A stretch of DNA of 64,000 nt from NCBI GenBank assembly GCA_012842495.1, contig DUSS01000017.1, positions 251-64,250 on the forward strand, read 5' to 3'. The notes under the pieces were generated by a model that saw nothing but the letters and a program-made list of their open reading frames with translations, ran no database searches and had not been told where the DNA came from. The stretch's first letter is position 1, and the number at the start of each line of letters is the position of its first letter. Source of the stretch: Candidatus Fermentithermobacillaceae bacterium. GTDB taxonomy: Bacteria > Bacillota > Sulfobacillia > Fermentithermobacillales > DUSS01. Position numbers and translations under genes: made by a program. Shown here piece by piece: positions 1-10,500 of this stretch.

Positions 1-141
1 ACCACCGCCATCGTGCTGGAAGTAAACAAAGGCAACTTCGACGTGGCCCTCGCCCTCAGTTTCATCCTGATGGCCCTGGCCTACGGCGTTACCTTTGCTC
101 TGACCGCAGTTCAACAGAAGCGTAGGCGGTACGTGGTGTAG
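1..141 (+). CDS. 3' end of an ABC transporter permease gene (hydrophobic C-terminus ...ALALSFILMALAYGVTFALTAVQQKRRRYVV*), partial at the window edge
   Basis: Frame 1 is open from base 1 to the TAG at 139-141. The TM-like tail sits directly upstream of an ABC ATPase gene; this arrangement resembles a ModB/WtpB-type permease followed by its ATPase. Confidence 0.45.
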   Translation, partial: TTAIVLEVNKGNFDVALALSFILMALAYGVTFALTAVQQKRRRYVV

Positions 142-160
142 ACGGCGAAGGAGTGGCTAG

Positions 161-901
<741 letters not shown>

Positions 902-945
902 CTCGACTATCTGGAACCGGGCAGGTGCAGGGAGGGAGGTCAGCT

Positions 946-1722
946 TTGATCAGGGCGATAAAACTCACGAAGACCTTCGGTGATCTTCAGGCAGTCTCTT
1001 CGGTGGATCTCGACATTCAGCCCGGGGAGATTTTCGGCTTTCTGGGTCCAAACGGCGCGGGGAAGACCACGACCATCCGCATGCTTACGGGGCTTTTGAG
1101 GCCCACTTCGGGCGAGGCCCTGATCGGGGGGTACAATATCCAGACCCACCCGGTGGAGGCGAAATCCCTTCTCGGTTACGTGCCCGATACGCCCGTCCTG
1201 TATGAGAAGCTCACGGGCCGGGAATTCCTCGATTTCATGGCGGACCTCTACCGCGTCGACCGGCGGCGGAAAAAGAACCGGATCCCGGAGCTTCTCGAAC
1301 TTTTCGACCTCACCGAACGGGGAGACGATCTCATCGGCTCCTACTCCAGGGGTATGAAGCAGAAAATTGCCGTGGCCGCGGCGCTTATCCATGATCCGAA
1401 GGTATTGATTTTGGACGAGCCCACCGTGAGCCTCGACCCCCGCAGCGCGAGGGTGCTCAAGGACGTCTTACGAGCTCTCGCCCGGCGGGAGGTTACCATC
1501 TTTATGTCCACCCACATCCTGGAAATCGCCGAGAGGATGTGCACGCGGGTAGGGATTATCGACCGCGGAAAGATCATCGCCTGCGGAACGGTGCCGGAGT
1601 TGAGAGCTCTATCCAAAGAGGCATCCGGGTCTCTCGAGGACATCTTTCTCAAGCTTACCGGCGGAGTGGAGTACGCGGAAATTGTCCGCTTTCTGGAAGA
1701 GGGGGAGGAAGTTCGGCGATGA
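946..1722 (+). CDS. ABC-2 type transporter ATP-binding protein
   Basis: GPNGAGKTT Walker A, YSRGMKQKIAVAAAL signature, LILDEPT Walker B. The preferred start is the TTG at 946, preceded by GGAGGGAGG at about 6 nt; the ORF track gives an upstream ATG at 880. Confidence 0.85.
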   Translation: MIRAIKLTKTFGDLQAVSSVDLDIQPGEIFGFLGPNGAGKTTTIRMLTGLLRPTSGEALIGGYNIQTHPVEAKSLLGYVPDTPVLYEKLTGREFLDFMADLYRVDRRRKKNRIPELLELFDLTERGDDLIGSYSRGMKQKIAVAAALIHDPKVLILDEPTVSLDPRSARVLKDVLRALARREVTIFMSTHILEIAERMCTRVGIIDRGKIIACGTVPELRALSKEASGSLEDIFLKLTGGVEYAEIVRFLEEGEEVRR

Positions 1723-3545
1723 CCCGCGTCCTTTACTGGAAAATCCGGATATCCCTCCGTTCGGTCACGAAGAGTGAGTCGCGGGCGTTCCTTTTCTTCC
1801 TCGGTATGGTGGTCAGCATAGTTTTAGCCGTCGTCGTGTTCTCCGTTTCCCGCGGGATTTTCGGGGTGATGCTCGAGGCAGCGGCGTCTGGTGAGATGGC
1901 CGGGGCCGGGTCTCTCTGGGTTGCCAATCTCCTTTCCGTCGGGTTCCTCTTCGCTCTCGTCATGTCCCTGTTCACCGCTCTCGGGGTTGCCTTCAGCACA
2001 ATGTACAGCTCTTCCGACCTGCCCCTTCTTTTCACGGCGCCGCTGGGCGTGAGAGAGGTTTTCCTAGTGAAGTTCGCCGAGATCATTTTGAGAGCTTCTA
2101 TTCCGGCGTTGATATTCAGTTTCCCTTTACTGGCGGGTTACGGCGCAGCTCTTCCGGCAGGTCCGGTGTTTTATCTCCAGAGTGCGCTGTTGACGGCCAT
2201 ATCCGTTCTTCTGCCGGCTGCCCTGGGTGTGGGACTCAATCTCCTGGCGGTGCGGCTCATACCTCCTTACCGTATCAGAGAGCTTGGCGCGGCCCTCGGA
2301 ACCCTTTTCGGTGCCGCGATTTACGCGTTGATGCATTTTGGTCCGCGCCACTTAGTTGGCATGAGCATGGAGCAAGCTCTCCAGGCGCTCGAGGGTTTCC
2401 GCCTCTCCGCTGCGGGGATATCGCCGGCCTGGTGGCTGGCGCAGGCGGCTGTAGCTGCCTCAAAAGGCGACTTTGGAGCTTTCTTCGGATGGGCGGGGCT
2501 TACGTTCGCCGTCTCTGGAGGGCTTATGGTGTTCTCTTTTTCACTGGTGACCGAAGCTTTTTACGGCGGATGGGTGGCGTCGGGTGAGGTGCATAAGAAG
2601 GACAGGCGGTCAAGAGCACGAGAACGGCTCGCCGGACCGTCTCGTCCGGAGCGAGGCCCGGCCGGAGAGGGTGCGGGAACGTACGGGCGAACGAAAGATA
2701 GAGAGCCGGTGCGGGGATTCACCGGAGGAGCTTTCTTCCAACGGTCTCCGGTGCTGGCCCTCGCGCGCAAAGAACTCCGCCACGTTTCCAGGGACTTGCG
2801 CGAGATCTCCAACGGCGTATACATGCTGGTCATGATGATCGTCGCCCTCATGGGATCGGCCCGCGGGGGAGGGCAATGGCTGAAAGGACTGGGGCAAAAT
2901 GCCCCGTTATACGGGTCCTTAGCTGCAACATTTCTCATGAGCTGGGGGCTTTCGTCTTCTCTCGGCCTCGGCGCCGTAGCCAGGGAGGGGAAGAACTGGC
3001 CGCTCCTGCGGAGCACCCCCGTCACCGGCAGGGAGATCGTTCGCGGAAAAACCCTGGGCGTACTGCCTCTGGTCCTCCCGGTCGCCCTGATCGCGGGCAT
3101 ATCGTTTACCCTGCTCGCCGGCGGAACTCCCTGGCAACTCGTCGCCACCCTCTGTTTCGTGGTTCTCGTGGTTCCGGGGATGGTTTCAATCGAAGTATCG
3201 GCAGGGGCCGTTGCTCCCAATTTCGAGGCGGAAGACCCGAGACAACGGGCGTCGGGTTGGGCATTCCTCCTCGGCGTTCTTCTGGAACTTCTTTATGCGG
3301 GACTTATCGCCCTCGGAGTGTTTCTTTCGGTATCTAACTGGCTCGGGTACTGGAACCAAACGCTGGAGGGGAGCCGGGTCGCTTCGATGGTCCTGGGTGC
3401 CCTCGGGTTGGCGATTGTGGCGGGAGCGTCTGCAGGTGCATTTACGATTATGCCGGACATGGCAGGACGGTCGTTGGACGAAATGGAAGCTGTAGAACAA
3501 ACGCCGGGCGCCGGCGCGGGTCATAAAGGCAAAGCGGAATGGTAG
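1719..3545 (+). CDS. Large polytopic membrane protein, probable permease partner of the ABC-2 ATPase
   Basis: Its ATG overlaps the stop of the upstream ATPase (ATGA). The roughly 600-aa product has many hydrophobic segments and is translationally coupled to the ATPase. Confidence 0.6.
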   Translation: MTRVLYWKIRISLRSVTKSESRAFLFFLGMVVSIVLAVVVFSVSRGIFGVMLEAAASGEMAGAGSLWVANLLSVGFLFALVMSLFTALGVAFSTMYSSSDLPLLFTAPLGVREVFLVKFAEIILRASIPALIFSFPLLAGYGAALPAGPVFYLQSALLTAISVLLPAALGVGLNLLAVRLIPPYRIRELGAALGTLFGAAIYALMHFGPRHLVGMSMEQALQALEGFRLSAAGISPAWWLAQAAVAASKGDFGAFFGWAGLTFAVSGGLMVFSFSLVTEAFYGGWVASGEVHKKDRRSRARERLAGPSRPERGPAGEGAGTYGRTKDREPVRGFTGGAFFQRSPVLALARKELRHVSRDLREISNGVYMLVMMIVALMGSARGGGQWLKGLGQNAPLYGSLAATFLMSWGLSSSLGLGAVAREGKNWPLLRSTPVTGREIVRGKTLGVLPLVLPVALIAGISFTLLAGGTPWQLVATLCFVVLVVPGMVSIEVSAGAVAPNFEAEDPRQRASGWAFLLGVLLELLYAGLIALGVFLSVSNWLGYWNQTLEGSRVASMVLGALGLAIVAGASAGAFTIMPDMAGRSLDEMEAVEQTPGAGAGHKGKAEW

Positions 3546-3577
3546 AGAAGTGTGGCACCACTTTGGGAGGTTGGAAC

Positions 3578-4795
3578 ATGAACCGGATGAGCGGCCCGGA
3601 TACTATAGCGGCGCTTGCAGGGCCGAAGTGCCTTTACGTGGATTCCTCGGCGCTGGAGCACAATGCGAGGGAGGTAAAGAAGGTCCTTGGTTCGCGTGTC
3701 AAGCTCCTTGCGGTAGTAAAAGGCGACGGTTACGGCGTGGGCGGGGTCGAGGCAGCTAGGGTCTTCGTATCAGCGGGAGCTGATTACCTGGGGGTAAGCT
3801 CCGTACCGGAAGGCGTGGAGCTGAGAAAGGCGGGTATCCGAGCTCCAGTACTGGTGATGAACCCGATTTTGAAGGAGGAGTGCGTCACCGCAATCGAGCA
3901 CGACCTGGAAGTGGCCGTAGCTTCAAGACAGGGTGTCTTCGACATCGCCGATGCGTCGCGACGGGTGGGTAGGGTAGCTCGAATCCACCTCGAGATCGAA
4001 ACCGGGCTCGGGCGGACGGGGCTTCCGGTCGGGACGGTTGCGGGCGTATTGGAAGAACTCCGGTCCCAGGAAGGGGTGCGTCTCTGCGGGGTATTCACCC
4101 ACATGGCAGAAGCTCACCGGGATGAGGCGAGCTTCCGGCAGTTCGCCAGGTTTCAGGCGGCCCTCCGCCATGTCCCTCCAGGGCTTCTCCGCCACGTGGC
4201 CAACAGCGGGACTTTCCTCAGGTTCCCTGATATGCGCCTGGACATGGTGAGGATCGGAACCCTTCTTTACGGTCAGCTTCCTTTCGGAATCCGTAATGCC
4301 GCGCTATCCTTGAAGAGCGTTTGGGACTTCAGGGCAAGAGTTTTGTTCATCCACGATGTCGGACCGGGTGATACCATAGGCTACGGAGGGGACTATTCGG
4401 CGAGACGCCCCATGAGAATCGCCGTCGTTTCTGCAGGGTATTCCGACGGGTTCGGTTTAACCGCAGTCTCGCGTCCTAAAGACCTCGGCGACCTTGCCAG
4501 ATACATCGTCAAGATGGTTCTTTCGTATCTGGGAAAGGGCCGCGGCGAAGGCGGGGCGGTCAGGTTCGAATGCGGGGTGGCGCCGGTGGTCGGGCGGATC
4601 GGGATGCAACTCACCATGGTGGACGTGACAGGGCTTCCGGTTTCGGTGGGCGATGAAGCTAGCGTGAGTATCAGGCCGACGGCGGGGGCGAGGTTACCCA
4701 GGGTTTATCTGCGGGACGGCGCACCCTACCTGATACGGATGCCGTGGGGAGAGATGCGACCCGTAGAGTACGAAAAATCCATCGATGTCGAGTAG
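3578..4795 (+). CDS. alr: Alanine racemase
   Basis: N-terminal PLP motif LLAVVKGDGYGVGG (equivalent to AVVKANAYGHG). The length and the C-terminal beta domain fit alanine racemase. GGGAGG lies 7 nt upstream of the ATG at 3578. Confidence 0.8.
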   Translation: MNRMSGPDTIAALAGPKCLYVDSSALEHNAREVKKVLGSRVKLLAVVKGDGYGVGGVEAARVFVSAGADYLGVSSVPEGVELRKAGIRAPVLVMNPILKEECVTAIEHDLEVAVASRQGVFDIADASRRVGRVARIHLEIETGLGRTGLPVGTVAGVLEELRSQEGVRLCGVFTHMAEAHRDEASFRQFARFQAALRHVPPGLLRHVANSGTFLRFPDMRLDMVRIGTLLYGQLPFGIRNAALSLKSVWDFRARVLFIHDVGPGDTIGYGGDYSARRPMRIAVVSAGYSDGFGLTAVSRPKDLGDLARYIVKMVLSYLGKGRGEGGAVRFECGVAPVVGRIGMQLTMVDVTGLPVSVGDEASVSIRPTAGARLPRVYLRDGAPYLIRMPWGEMRPVEYEKSIDVE

Positions 4796-4816
4796 AGCGT
4801 CCGCCAGTCGAATTGG

Positions 4817-5401
4817 TCAAGAGTCCGATGAGATCCTCTTCATCTGGACGTTAAGCTCCGCGAGTTTGTTACCCAGATTCCTCAGTTCCTCTTCGGCCAC
4901 TTTCAGGTAATACGAGAGTTCTTTTTGCCGGGCGGGATCTTTTGCTAGCATTTCTTTGCACTCTTTATATATGTCAAGAGCTCTGTCCATTTCTGCCCGG
5001 ACCCGGAAAGACTCTTCCTCCACCGTCTTTTTGAAATCACGTACGTAAGACACGTTGGGTAAAAGGACCTCCTGATACCAGGGGGTCTCATCGGCGTGAT
5101 CGAATTCCAGGGAGACGCATATCGGGTCATCGGTGGCTCCTGCGGCAGATACGAAGGCGAGCGGTGTGGGCATGATCACTCCTGAAATGGTGGCCTGAAG
5201 GGGTTGAGCAGGCCAAATCCTTTGTCGCCCCACCGACATCCTGAGAGCTATCTTGGCATCCTCGAGATCACGAACAAAGAACACCCGGTCCACCTGGCCG
5301 GTGAGGAAGCCCAGGAGATATGCGAAAGCCGGATTCTGACCGGCCATGGCCGTAAAGTTACTGAGCGCTTCGAGTTTTTTCGCCTTGTCCACACCCATCA
5401 C
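4817..5401 (-). CDS. Hypothetical protein with an N-terminal alpha/beta region and a C-terminal coiled-coil, charged tail
   Basis: A 194-aa ORF on the same strand as the patatin gene and downstream of it. It is preceded by a roughly 270-bp conspicuously AT-rich intergenic region (5402-5672). No family recognised. Confidence 0.45.
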   Translation of the reverse strand: MMGVDKAKKLEALSNFTAMAGQNPAFAYLLGFLTGQVDRVFFVRDLEDAKIALRMSVGRQRIWPAQPLQATISGVIMPTPLAFVSAAGATDDPICVSLEFDHADETPWYQEVLLPNVSYVRDFKKTVEEESFRVRAEMDRALDIYKECKEMLAKDPARQKELSYYLKVAEEELRNLGNKLAELNVQMKRISSDS

Positions 5402-5672
5402 TCTTTCAACCTTCTACTGCGGTTCCATTAACCTCTTACCAGAGTTTCTGACCTTGACCGTTCGTAACGTTAACATAATTATACTTTTAACTTTTAACTC
5501 AGGCTCATCCGTAATTAGCCGTTCTGAACGAGTGCGGACCTCAATTCCTATTTTACCGCATTACCCGTCTCCCTCTGATCATCCTCCTCAGCCCGTTCGG
5601 GGACCCGGGCGCTCGAAACCCGGGGTGTTCCCAAGGGCGGCGTTTCGGACTGGCATCCTTCGAATTGCCGGG

Positions 5673-6593
5673 TTAATCAAGCCAGTTCCTTTTCACCCAC
5701 GACACGACGGCGCTCAAGTCCGTCTCTTCAGCCCACCGGAGCAGCTTAGGGACTGCCTTATAGTCACCGGGCCCGATGGGTTCGGGTAATACCGGGTCCA
5801 ACCTGTAATAACGTTCTCCCAGAATCTGACGGCTGAAGGTTGTGTGACATTGAGAAACCCCGTCAACCATCAGCGTTATGAGAGGCGTCGCTGGGGATGG
5901 GTGTAGCGCCCACTGCATCGCGCCCCACGAGGTCGTATCCGCATCTATCCTGTACAAAATCCGGCCGGTACCTACCGATAACAGAACTACGTCTTCGATG
6001 CTTTGCCCGCCAAGACTGGGGTCTACCGCTGCGGACAAGGCAGCCACGCTCGGGTTGTTGGCGACGACGCCGCCGTCGATGTATCCCCGGTGGGATGGGA
6101 AGTAAGCCGGGACAGCTGTGCAGGCGAGGGCTACTTCAAGGACGGACGTATCTTTGGTCTTCGACGGCGGAAAGTTATTGAAGAAAACCGGTGCCCATGA
6201 GTCGCCGTCAGGCGCGGTGACCCTGAAGGAAATCGCCAGCACCTTCTTGCTTAAGTCGCGGAGACGAAGACCCGGAGGAAACACCGAGTTTATGGCCCTG
6301 ATACCATATGTGCCCCCGCACATGGGGCGGAGGAACCCCGTGCTTTTCCGCCGGAAAACGGCGCCCCAGTCTACGCTGGAGGTGATTTCCGCGAGTCTCG
6401 CGGGCGACAGGCCGAAGGCAAGAGCCAGCGCGATGAGAGAACCTATGGATGTGCCCGCTACGAGGTCGGCCTTGTGGACCAGCCCGGGGAAGGAATCCTC
6501 GAGTCTTTTGAGCAGCGTGGCGCTGAGAACACCCCGCACCCCGCCGCCGTCGAACGCCAGGATCCGGTATTTGGCCAATCGTATCCCTCCCAA
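5673..6593 (-). CDS. Patatin-like phospholipase
   Basis: Motifs in canonical order: oxyanion FDGGGVRG, nucleophile elbow GTSIGS, and the catalytic Asp in DGGVVANNP. Confidence 0.85.
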   Translation of the reverse strand: MGGIRLAKYRILAFDGGGVRGVLSATLLKRLEDSFPGLVHKADLVAGTSIGSLIALALAFGLSPARLAEITSSVDWGAVFRRKSTGFLRPMCGGTYGIRAINSVFPPGLRLRDLSKKVLAISFRVTAPDGDSWAPVFFNNFPPSKTKDTSVLEVALACTAVPAYFPSHRGYIDGGVVANNPSVAALSAAVDPSLGGQSIEDVVLLSVGTGRILYRIDADTTSWGAMQWALHPSPATPLITLMVDGVSQCHTTFSRQILGERYYRLDPVLPEPIGPGDYKAVPKLLRWAEETDLSAVVSWVKRNWLD

Positions 6594-6725
6594 TTAGATC
6601 ATCGTCAGAGCAGCCCGCTCAGACCAGTGCCGCAGGGCTGCGAACCCACAAGCCTAAGTGGCCCGCATCCCGCAATTAGTCTACTATAAGAAGAAAGAGA
6701 GATTGCGTAGCGAGGAATTGCAGCC

Positions 6726-7853
6726 ATGAACGTGCCGTTGACGGGGGTCGATATTCCAGAACAGATCACTGATTTCCTGAAGAAAATAACGGGACGCGTT
6801 CGCATCATGGTCGTCGGACGACCCGACACGGGGAAGTCCACCCTGGCCTTTCTTCTCGCCTCCTGGTTGCGGGACAGAGGAAGGATGTGCGCCATGGTGG
6901 ACTGCGACATCGGTCAGGCGGACATCGGTCCGCCCGGATTTATCTCGTACGGTTTGATGAGCCCGCATGTTCCCGAGGTGCAGTTGCATCCCGATAGTAC
7001 GTCCAGCGGCGCCTCCGGCGCCCGCACGCCATGGATGAAGGGTAGCTTACTGGCCAGGGGTTCCGTCTCCCGAAGGGGATCTTATCTCGTCGGCGACGTT
7101 TCGCCCTACGGCAGAGGCGACGCGAGGCTTCTGGCAATGGTCGCGGGGGCCGCCGCATGTGTGGAGGCGGCGGAGAAGGACGGGGCGGAAGCTGTGGTCG
7201 TCGACACCACGGGCCTAGCCCTTTTTTCGGAAGGGATTAGACTTAAATGCGCTAAGGCCGACGCAGTCCGCCCGGATGTCGTAGTCTTACTGTCAGCCGT
7301 AGGTGAGGGGCGGAATTACGCAGAGGAAGTCCTCGGTCACTTGCTGGAAGTGCAAGGGCACAACGTTTTGAGGGTACCGGCTCCCGCTGCAGCACGTAAG
7401 AGGTCGCCGGAAGAACGGAGAGAAAACCGCATACGGCAGTGGAACAGGTACCTGGAACAATCCTCGTTACACCGGCTAGAGTTGGGCAGGGTTCGTGTCT
7501 TCCGCTGGTGGGCCGATTCGGGCTTTCTCGTGCGTGGAGAAAGCTCGCAATCGTCACTCCCCGCTCAAGATACAAGTGCCCACGGGCATTTGCCCGCTCC
7601 GCCGGCCGGGGCGAACGCGGGAGCTTCTTCCGTCGCGCCGGTTCTTTCGCCTGCGATACGAAGCGTGTCCCATGGTACGGTTGTGGCGATCCCGGATCCC
7701 CATCGAAGGGGCCTCCACATTCCCGGCATATGGGTCACGGACGAGCTAGGTCCCGGTGTCCTCACACCTCTGCACCCTCAGCAGAAAATCGAGACCGTGT
7801 GGGTCACGTCTTACCAGACCCTGATCTCCCGCGGTCGGGTGATGTCAGGCTGA
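6726..7853 (+). CDS. Clp1/Grc3-family P-loop polynucleotide 5'-kinase-like protein
   Basis: P-loop GRPDTGKST, a VDCDIGQ motif (Clp1 DxDxGQ), a GDVSP segment and a VVDTTGL motif (Clp1 INTxGW region), then a C-terminal domain. The family is mostly archaeal/eukaryotic and is rare in bacteria. Confidence 0.65.
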   Translation: MNVPLTGVDIPEQITDFLKKITGRVRIMVVGRPDTGKSTLAFLLASWLRDRGRMCAMVDCDIGQADIGPPGFISYGLMSPHVPEVQLHPDSTSSGASGARTPWMKGSLLARGSVSRRGSYLVGDVSPYGRGDARLLAMVAGAAACVEAAEKDGAEAVVVDTTGLALFSEGIRLKCAKADAVRPDVVVLLSAVGEGRNYAEEVLGHLLEVQGHNVLRVPAPAAARKRSPEERRENRIRQWNRYLEQSSLHRLELGRVRVFRWWADSGFLVRGESSQSSLPAQDTSAHGHLPAPPAGANAGASSVAPVLSPAIRSVSHGTVVAIPDPHRRGLHIPGIWVTDELGPGVLTPLHPQQKIETVWVTSYQTLISRGRVMSG

Positions 7854-7935
7854 TGGGTATCTCATGGCAACCGGTTGCAGGTGCAACTCGTCGCAGCAGG
7901 GGATTTATTACAAAAGTACGAGGAGATGATCCGGG

Positions 7936-8841
7936 GTGGGTTGCGTGCTTTGCCCGCGCCGGTGCAACGTGGACAGGCAGGCTGGTGAAAAAGGTTTTTG
8001 CCAAGCGGGGTGGCTTCCCAGGGTCTCCCTGGCCGACCTCCACTTTTGGGAAGAGCCCTGTATCTCGGGCACGCGGGGTTCCGGGGCCGTGTTTTTCTCC
8101 CGGTGTAACCTGGCCTGTGTGTTTTGCCAGAACCACGACATAAGTCAGCCGGGCCCGGGGGAAATCGGGGAGGAGATGGACCCGCGAGGTCTGAAGGATG
8201 TATTCTTTGCCCTGGAAGCGAGGGGAGCTCACAACATCAACCTCGTTTCTCCAACGCACCACTCGAAAGTTATCGCGGAAGCTATCGAGCTTGCCAAGAA
8301 GGAAGGTGTCCGGATCCCCTTCGTGTATAACTCAAACGCCTACGAATCCATGGAGACCCTGCGCTTCATGGAAGGGCTCATCGACGTCTACCTACCCGAC
8401 CTCAAATATTATTCGGACGACCTCGCAATGCGGTATTCTTCCGCACCTTCTTACTTTCGTCACGCGACATCGGCGATTTTGGAAATGGCCCGCCAGGTCG
8501 GTACCCCCGTCTTCGATTCCCAAGGGATCATCCGGAAAGGGCTCATCGTGAGGCATCTCGTCCTGCCGGGACACGTAGAGGACTCCAAAGCTGTTCTGAG
8601 GTGGATAAAAGGTAACCTTCCGGCAGGTACTTTTGTAAGCGTGATGTCCCAGTACTACCCGGTTCACCGGGCCTTGAGGTTCCCGGAACTTTCGAGGAAA
8701 CTGACCAGAAAGGAATACGACGAGGTGACAGAGGAGTGCCTTAAGATCGGCCTTGAAGACGGCTATTTCCAGGAGCTTTCGTCGGCCAGCCCGGAATACA
8801 CCCCTGACTTCCTCCGGAAGGACCCCCGTTCTCGAACGTAG
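7936..8841 (+). CDS. Radical SAM protein, PflX-like (homolog of pyruvate formate-lyase activating enzyme, COG1313-type)
   Basis: N-terminal CxLCPRRCxVDRxxGxxGFC segment followed by the radical SAM cluster motif CNLACVFC (CX3CX2C). Length is about 300 aa. Confidence 0.8.
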   Translation: MGCVLCPRRCNVDRQAGEKGFCQAGWLPRVSLADLHFWEEPCISGTRGSGAVFFSRCNLACVFCQNHDISQPGPGEIGEEMDPRGLKDVFFALEARGAHNINLVSPTHHSKVIAEAIELAKKEGVRIPFVYNSNAYESMETLRFMEGLIDVYLPDLKYYSDDLAMRYSSAPSYFRHATSAILEMARQVGTPVFDSQGIIRKGLIVRHLVLPGHVEDSKAVLRWIKGNLPAGTFVSVMSQYYPVHRALRFPELSRKLTRKEYDEVTEECLKIGLEDGYFQELSSASPEYTPDFLRKDPRSRT

Positions 8842-8877
8842 AACGATCCCGCTATGGCTTGAACCTCTCCGAAGCCG

Positions 8878-10500
8878 GTGGGAATTCACCAGGAAAGGAG
8901 CGTCGAAAAGTTGAACGTAACAGCGAAATTCCCCCGTCTTTCCGGGACCCTGGTGCTGCTAGGGGTGCTAGGGCTCATCCTGGGTCTGGTCGCAAGTTCG
9001 TTCTCATGCGGACCTTTGTTTGCAGCCGGGGGGAACGAGGCCGGCGGAAACGACGTGAAGCTGAAGGCGAACCGGTCCAAAGGCATCGTCATAGTCGTGC
9101 CCGAGGAAATCGAGACTTACAAGGTTCCGCCGGAGACGGTGCTCGTCCCGGTTTTCGTGACGTCCGAGTCAGGAAAAGCCCACGTAAAGCACATCAAACT
9201 GGATTTCCACGGACCCAAGGGCTCGGTCTCGAAAAAAGTAGCGTTTGACCAGGTATTAGAACCTGCAGGTAAGAGTTTTGACGACATCCTGAAGACACTG
9301 AAGGGTAAGGACAAGAAGGCCGTAAAGGACCTCCTCAAGAAAGGTGCCTACGTTGAACTTGAGATCGATGTATCCGCATTGAAGTTGGAAGAGGGCGCGA
9401 AGGGCAAGATCGATGTCGGCGTCGAAGCGACCGTGGACGGCCAGGCGGCGCCTGTTACCGTTCAGGCGGACTTCCAGGCGCTGGCCCTTCCGGGTGCTGG
9501 TGGATGGTACGGGGGAGACGGTCATGTACATACGTCGTGGAGCCCGGACGTCTGGTTCATTCCTCTGGAAAACCGGGTGAAGTATGCGAAGGATAACGGT
9601 TTCGGCTTCATCATCATCACCGACCACGAAGACGGAATCAACGACCTGTGGTCGACTCCGGGCGGATACGTCGCACAATGTAACGCCGCTCAGTCCAAGT
9701 ACCTTATCCCCGCGCTACCCGGAGTAGAGATCACCGCGGCAAACTCCGGAGGGGACGCCCTGGCATACTGGATGAGCGAAAGCGCTGTCACCGTACCCAA
9801 CAACCAGACCTACTTAGCGCAAGAGCTCATCAACCGGATAAACGGGCATAACTATCCCTACTCCTATGCGGTCATCGCCCATCCTTACGGAGCTCATCCG
9901 TGGACTGACTGGAATGCAACGGGTTTTTGCGGGATGGAGCTCTTAAGTCAGGAAACCGTGGCCAAGCCCGATACTATCTCCCGGTGGTTTACGCTGTTGC
10001 GCAGCGGGCTTTCTTCAACGATGTCCAGCGGCAGGTTTGTGGTGGGCATCGGGACGTCGGATTGCCACAACTTCCAGGCGCCGGGGTTCGCGGGGTTTAC
10101 CTGGGTGTACGCGACTTCGTATTCCTCGACAAACAGGGTCGCTATCTGGGATGCGATCAAGTCCGGTAGGGTCAGCGCTTCCGGGCGGAAGGACCTCGGA
10201 TACTTCACCGTCAACGGGGCCGTTCAGGGAAGCGTCCTGAACGTGACACCCGGCTCGAGTCTGCAATTCCAGCTGGTACAGACCCCGGTAACCGGACGGA
10301 AGTGCACGAGCATCACGGTATTCAACAAGGACCAGGTAGCTGTCTATACCGTGACCAATCCATCTACGTCGGTGATATATTGGAATACGACGGCCCCATC
10401 GACCGACGGCTTTTATGTCGTGAAGTTCGAATTCACTAAGACGGACGGCTCCGATCTCAGCGAGGTGTGGGCGAACCCGGTGTTCATTAACGTGCCGTAA
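8878..10500 (+). CDS. Secreted or membrane-anchored PHP-domain metal-dependent phosphoesterase (CehA/McbA-like) with extra beta-rich domains
   Basis: N-terminal hydrophobic signal/anchor (LVLLGVLGLILGLVASS). PHP-type metal-binding motifs GDGHVHTSWS and ITDHED. Alternative start at TTG 8911. Confidence 0.6.
   Translation: MGIHQERSVEKLNVTAKFPRLSGTLVLLGVLGLILGLVASSFSCGPLFAAGGNEAGGNDVKLKANRSKGIVIVVPEEIETYKVPPETVLVPVFVTSESGKAHVKHIKLDFHGPKGSVSKKVAFDQVLEPAGKSFDDILKTLKGKDKKAVKDLLKKGAYVELEIDVSALKLEEGAKGKIDVGVEATVDGQAAPVTVQADFQALALPGAGGWYGGDGHVHTSWSPDVWFIPLENRVKYAKDNGFGFIIITDHEDGINDLWSTPGGYVAQCNAAQSKYLIPALPGVEITAANSGGDALAYWMSESAVTVPNNQTYLAQELINRINGHNYPYSYAVIAHPYGAHPWTDWNATGFCGMELLSQETVAKPDTISRWFTLLRSGLSSTMSSGRFVVGIGTSDCHNFQAPGFAGFTWVYATSYSSTNRVAIWDAIKSGRVSASGRKDLGYFTVNGAVQGSVLNVTPGSSLQFQLVQTPVTGRKCTSITVFNKDQVAVYTVTNPSTSVIYWNTTAPSTDGFYVVKFEFTKTDGSDLSEVWANPVFINVP

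Noticed and set aside
2561-3220. 219-aa minus-strand ORF, together with several 60-150-aa ORFs across 1733-3524
   Set aside because: They overlap the long membrane permease gene on the opposite strand or in other frames. Pro/Arg/Ser-rich low-complexity translations.
7439-8143. 234-aa plus-strand ORF overlapping the 3' end of the Clp1-like gene and the 5' end of the radical SAM gene
   Set aside because: Out-of-frame overlap with two supported genes. Arg/Gly/Pro-rich composition.
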